Shown: positions 59,740 through 64,000 of the stretch, piece by piece
How positions within the stretch are numbered: the stretch's first letter is position 1
Layout: each line of letters begins with the position of its first letter
Origin: Acidobacteriota bacterium
GTDB lineage: Bacteria; Acidobacteriota; UBA6911; RPQK01; JAJDTT01
Assembly (NCBI GenBank): GCA_965219005.1
Contig: CBDCMS010000004.1
Coordinates: 815,736-879,735, forward strand
Direction of reading: 5' to 3'
DNA: 64,000 nt
Made by a program: the position numbers and the translations under genes
The notes under the pieces: generated by a model
Databases searched by the model: none
What the model saw: the letters and a program-made list of their open reading frames with translations, nothing else
What the model was told of the DNA's origin: nothing

Positions 59740-60318
59740 ATGAATGACAACAGGCCACGCTGCTCTTGGATGGGAAACGACGAAGTGATGCTTCGGTACC
59801 ACGACGAAGAGTGGGGGGTGCCGGTTCACGACGACCAGAAATGGTTTGAGTTCCTGGTTCTCGATGCCTTCCAGGCAGGACTCTCCTGGAGAACGGTCCT
59901 GCACAAGCGGGAAGCGTTTCGGGAGGTGTTCCACGGTTTCGACCCCGCTCGGGTGGCCCGAATGACGCAGATCGAACTGGAAGCCGCACGGCAGAACCCG
60001 GCCATCATTCGGAATCGCCTGAAGATCCAGGCCACAGTAAAGAACGCCGTTGCCTTCCTGGATCTGCAGGACAAACAGCGCTCATTTGATTCCTTCATCT
60101 GGTCCTTCACCGATGGATCGGTCATACACAACGAGTGGGAAAAGCTGGAGCAGATACCGGCCTCCACACCCCTCTCGGATACGATAAGCAAAGCCCTCAA
60201 GGAAAACGGCTTCTCGTTCGTCGGCACGACCATCTGCTACGCCTTCCTACAGGCTGCAGGCGTCGTCAACGATCATCTGTCCCACTGCTTCAGGTGGAAG
60301 GATCTGCGAAATCCATGA
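59740..60318 (+). CDS. tag: DNA-3-methyladenine glycosylase I
   Basis: RCSW, YHDEEWG, FQAGLSW, IIRNRLKI, GFSFVGTTICYAFLQAAGVVNDH...C. Confidence 0.95.
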   Translation: MNDNRPRCSWMGNDEVMLRYHDEEWGVPVHDDQKWFEFLVLDAFQAGLSWRTVLHKREAFREVFHGFDPARVARMTQIELEAARQNPAIIRNRLKIQATVKNAVAFLDLQDKQRSFDSFIWSFTDGSVIHNEWEKLEQIPASTPLSDTISKALKENGFSFVGTTICYAFLQAAGVVNDHLSHCFRWKDLRNP

Positions 60319-61754
60319 GAAAAACCCTGCTCTTATGTTTGCTTGGATCCTCTCTGGCACTCGGCGGAGGAAGCTTCATCGAGGTGGGGTCCGAACGCCA
60401 GCTCTTCCTGGACCGGCATCTGATCGATGAGATGCGGGGCCTCGAGCTGAAATTGCATCGACCGCTACCCCGCGAAGAAGTCCTGCGCTTCGATCAGCCC
60501 TGGGAAGGCGATACGTCCTGGCATCCGATCGTGATTCAGGATGGCGACCTCTTTCGAATGTGGTATCGAGTGTCCTCTGGGAACGAGGATCGAGGAAGGA
60601 AGACGGCCTATGCCGAGAGCCGGGATGGAATTAACTGGAAGCGGCCCGCGTTGGGCCTCATCGAATTCCAGGGTTCCACTGAAAACAACCTGATCTGGCC
60701 CACCCCTGGGAACAAGGGAATCAACATGTGTGTCTTCCGGGACCCCAATCCTGAAGTCCCGGAGGCGGAGCGCTACAAAGCGATTGTCCAGACCCGGGAT
60801 ATCCATGGCCTGATCTCATCGGATGGACTACGCTGGAAGCCGATAAAGCCAGATCCCCTGATCCCGCGCCTGGAGGATCAAGTCAATGACGGCCCTCACG
60901 CCGCTTTCTGGGATCCCTGGCAGTCCCAATATGTCGTTTTTAAGCGAGGCTGGTGGGGGGAAACGCCAGAGAAGCAGTTGGACGCTGCAGGAACCAGGGG
61001 GGCGGCCAATCGCACTGTCAGACGGTTCACCTCCAAGGACTTTCGTAGTTGGCAAGGCCCCGAGTGGGTGGAGATTCCGTTCGGAACCCAACCTCGGGAA
61101 CAGTTCTACACCAGTGCTGCGCTTCCCTATCCATGGGCTCGGGATGTCTACCTCATGTTCCCCATGCGTTTCATCCTGGATCGGAGCGGTCGAGGCTGGC
61201 CCTATCCCGGTCTTTCCGACATCTGCTTTCTCAGCAGTCGCAATGGCCTGCGTTGGTACAGAAGCTTCCGTGAAGCCTGGATCCGACCCGGCATGGATCA
61301 GAAGAACTGGCACGAGCGCTCCATGGCCTTCGGCTCGGGTTTAGTCGAGACGGCGCCGGGAGAGCTTTCCATGTATATGATCGAGAACTACCGTACGCCG
61401 GAAGCCCACATTCGACGGATGACGTTACGGAAGGATGGATTCATATCGGTGCACGCGTCCGATCTGGGGGGAGAGCCCACCACCCAGCCCTTGAAATTCA
61501 AGGGCAGCCTCCTGAGGATCAACTATTCCACCTCGGTGACCGGATCCGTTGGAGTGGAGGTCCTAAACGACTTTTCCCGTCCGGTCCTGGGTTTCACGCT
61601 CAAGGATAGCGGCGAGATATTCGGAGACCATTTGCAGCAACGGGTCCGCTGGAGCGGCCGAGACGATTTGAGTTCATTGGAAGGACAAGTCGTTCGTCTC
61701 CGTTTTGTTCTTCGGGATGCGGACCTCTACTCCTTTCGCTTCTCGGAGCGTTAG
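60315..61754 (+). CDS. Exported beta-propeller glycoside-hydrolase-like protein
   Basis: ATGA overlap with tag; signal peptide; RQLFLD, YAESRDGINWKRP, SRNGLRW, LRKDGFIS, VRLRFVLRDADLYSFRF. Confidence 0.85.
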   Translation: MRKTLLLCLLGSSLALGGGSFIEVGSERQLFLDRHLIDEMRGLELKLHRPLPREEVLRFDQPWEGDTSWHPIVIQDGDLFRMWYRVSSGNEDRGRKTAYAESRDGINWKRPALGLIEFQGSTENNLIWPTPGNKGINMCVFRDPNPEVPEAERYKAIVQTRDIHGLISSDGLRWKPIKPDPLIPRLEDQVNDGPHAAFWDPWQSQYVVFKRGWWGETPEKQLDAAGTRGAANRTVRRFTSKDFRSWQGPEWVEIPFGTQPREQFYTSAALPYPWARDVYLMFPMRFILDRSGRGWPYPGLSDICFLSSRNGLRWYRSFREAWIRPGMDQKNWHERSMAFGSGLVETAPGELSMYMIENYRTPEAHIRRMTLRKDGFISVHASDLGGEPTTQPLKFKGSLLRINYSTSVTGSVGVEVLNDFSRPVLGFTLKDSGEIFGDHLQQRVRWSGRDDLSSLEGQVVRLRFVLRDADLYSFRFSER

Positions 61755-61788
61755 TACACTGGACGGTTCTAATCCCTGATCAGGTTGC

Positions 61789-63699
61789 TTGACGAGGTGC
61801 AGACACTTGAATCGCAATTATCCCTTACCTAGGAGTTTCAAGCGCAGATCAGAACTAGTTCTGGCCCTGATCCTGATCGGTGCCTGCAACGGTTCCCAGG
61901 ATGGTGCTCCCAAGCCAGATCCTGCTGCGACGAAGGTTCAAGAAAAGGCGGCTCCGCCGATCTATCTGACCGACCTGGATCGATCCCAGCCTCAGTCGTC
62001 CCTTTCTCGGAAGTGGAGACGGGGAACCTGGCGGCTTCTCGACTACACTGGGGAAAGGGATTCCGACGGTTCAGGGATCTCCCAGATGCACGACGCGTTC
62101 GAGCAGAAGCCCGACCCGGACCGTTCTTTCAGCGGCACCCTGTTGGTGGCGACCGACGGCAACCAGGCCCCCGAGATTAGCTACTCGCCCGATCGCTCCG
62201 GCTGGTACCGAATCTACATTGGCCTCCTTCGCAAACCCTTCGAAGACAGCAAGGCAGTTCAAATGCGTCTTTCTCGAGACGAGGTTTTTACGACTCTTTC
62301 CGGACGAGAAGGGGAAAAGGACCATCAGGAAGGCTGGCTCGATGAGATCTACTGGAAGACAGCTGACCTGACGGGACAGGACATTCACTTCCGGCAGATC
62401 ACCTATCCCCGGATTCGGCACGCCTGGGTGGGCTTCGTGAAACTAGTTCCCTTGTCCGAGGACCAGGTAAGCGAGCTGCAGGCAGATCGTCGCAACCCTG
62501 AGCACCGGAGGCTGTTCGTTCACACCGATCCCGGCGTCCCCAATGAGGAGGGTTCCAGGGAAGCGCTGCTGGCCCACTTGGAACCGCTGCGTCATGGGGA
62601 CGTGGCCCGACTCTACTGGGAAACGGGTTTTGGTGACCGGGTCTTCTATTTCTCCAGTATTGGCAAGGATCAGACCCGCATGGGCAGGCTCGAGGATGAT
62701 TCAGACGAGCCTTTTTACGTCCGTGACTACGACCGAGTGGGCATAAAGACCTGGCAAGCCTACCGGGAGAATGGCGTCGATCCGCTGGCGGTGGCGGTGG
62801 ATTTCGCTCACCAGCACGACATCGAACTGCACGCGGCCTATCGGGTGGGTGGCTTTCTCTTTCCGGCTCCACACTATGCCGATAACCGGGACAGCTTCTT
62901 CGAGCGACATCGGGAAATGGTGTGTCTCGACCGCGAGGGTAAGCCGCTGCCCCGGATCTCCTACGCTTTCCCCGAGACCCGGAAGTACGCCCTATCCCTG
63001 CTTCGGGAGATGGCGTCCAACTACCCGATAGATGGCGTGGCTCTTCTCTACAACCGCCGGCCTCCGCTGCTGGCCTATGAGGCTCCGCTGGTGGAGGGAT
63101 TCCAGGCCCAATACGGTGAAGATCCTCGAAAGCTGGATCCCTCGGATGAGCGTTGGCTCTCTTTCCGAGCCGGATTTCTGACCCGGTTCATGCGAGAGCT
63201 GAGGGCGATGCTGGATGAGGTGGCCCGGGACCAGGGCCGCGGCCGCCTGACAGTGACGGCGGTGGTGTCCAGACCAGGTGAGAATCTGCTGCACGGCATG
63301 GACCTGAAGACCTGGATCCGAGAGGGTCTGGTCGACACGCTGGTGCCCTATTCTTCCTCCGTCCGGCTGAACAGCTTCGTGCCTGCCTGGGATGATCCCA
63401 AGGACGTGACCCATTTCGTCTCTCTCGTAGAGGGCACCGACTGCAAGCTGGCGATGAACCTGATGCCACGGGACCTGAGCACTGCCGAGTATTACCGTCT
63501 GGCACACAGCCTGTACGAGTCCGGCGTTGAGCGTTTCTTCTTCTGGGACGGTCTCAGTCGGGCACGAAAGGCGCTCAGGTTGGGACACCGCGACGAAGTA
63601 GAAGCATGGTTCCAGCAAGGAGAGCCCAGCCTGCTTCCTTCAGCGGTGCGTCTTTGGAGTGTGGATGGCTGGGATCTTCGAGTCGAGACTCCGGGCTAG
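61789..63699 (+). CDS. Putative lipoprotein with a TIM-barrel (GHL10-like) hydrolase domain
   Basis: Lipobox-like LIGAC; GVDPLAVAV..AHQHDIELHAAYR, SYAFPETRKY, YPIDGV, W..EGLVD; the exact start codon is uncertain. Confidence 0.75.
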   Translation: MTRCRHLNRNYPLPRSFKRRSELVLALILIGACNGSQDGAPKPDPAATKVQEKAAPPIYLTDLDRSQPQSSLSRKWRRGTWRLLDYTGERDSDGSGISQMHDAFEQKPDPDRSFSGTLLVATDGNQAPEISYSPDRSGWYRIYIGLLRKPFEDSKAVQMRLSRDEVFTTLSGREGEKDHQEGWLDEIYWKTADLTGQDIHFRQITYPRIRHAWVGFVKLVPLSEDQVSELQADRRNPEHRRLFVHTDPGVPNEEGSREALLAHLEPLRHGDVARLYWETGFGDRVFYFSSIGKDQTRMGRLEDDSDEPFYVRDYDRVGIKTWQAYRENGVDPLAVAVDFAHQHDIELHAAYRVGGFLFPAPHYADNRDSFFERHREMVCLDREGKPLPRISYAFPETRKYALSLLREMASNYPIDGVALLYNRRPPLLAYEAPLVEGFQAQYGEDPRKLDPSDERWLSFRAGFLTRFMRELRAMLDEVARDQGRGRLTVTAVVSRPGENLLHGMDLKTWIREGLVDTLVPYSSSVRLNSFVPAWDDPKDVTHFVSLVEGTDCKLAMNLMPRDLSTAEYYRLAHSLYESGVERFFFWDGLSRARKALRLGHRDEVEAWFQQGEPSLLPSAVRLWSVDGWDLRVETPG

Positions 63700-64000
63700 G
63701 CTAGGAAGCGAGTTCCAGGTTCCTACGGCAGAGCGCGATGAGCTTCACAGTCTGCGGTGAGGTTCCGAACATCTCCGCGATTTCCTGGGTCTGGGGTGCT
63801 TCCCACTGCTCAGCTGCTGGTAAACTACGAACGTATTAGTGAAAGGCAATCACCCCTTCGCTTCTTCAAGCTCCTACCAGCGCGAATTTTGAGGGGGGGG
63901 AATTGGTGGAATATGCGTGCTTCTGGGTTGGAGTGTGTCCCCGAAGCCGGCCCCAATGTGACGCGTGGATCACCGCACGTATGCTAGGCCGAATGGGTTG

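Noticed and set aside
1-64000. tRNA, rRNA, tmRNA genes
   Set aside because: No cloverleaf with T-loop GTTCRA plus acceptor stem, and no rRNA signature, was recognised by eye; tRNAscan-SE or barrnap would confirm.

Overview
GC-rich bacterial DNA whose gene repertoire (TonB receptor with N-terminal carboxypeptidase-like domain, PSD1/DUF1501 pair, Tat-exported enzymes, an 'IGQTISHYKI' kinase remnant) suggests Acidobacteriota; this is inference, with no rRNA or tRNA to confirm it. About 40 CDS are present, mostly exported or envelope proteins: two divergent CxxCH + QW-repeat (alpha/alpha-barrel) proteins, a CLCA-like metalloprotease-VWA protein, MFS, GGT, HtpX, SLC13, an ECF sigma + Ser/Thr kinase pair, a TonB receptor, a porin-feoA-feoB operon with a palindromic operator and a structured leader, DUF1501/PSD1, an RRM protein, PAP2, a PTE-like enzyme, Tag and several beta-propeller GH-like paralogues. 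There is a heavy mobile and decay footprint: an IS91/ISCR-like transposase with an oriIS-like end, two MITEs with clear termini, a group II intron 3' remnant, a ~670-bp duplication, a modular dispersed intergenic repeat family, a family of ~32-bp hairpins, and at least eight pseudogenising lesions. No CRISPR array, integron integrase, rRNA or tRNA was found. All family calls come from motif recognition by eye, not from database searches.
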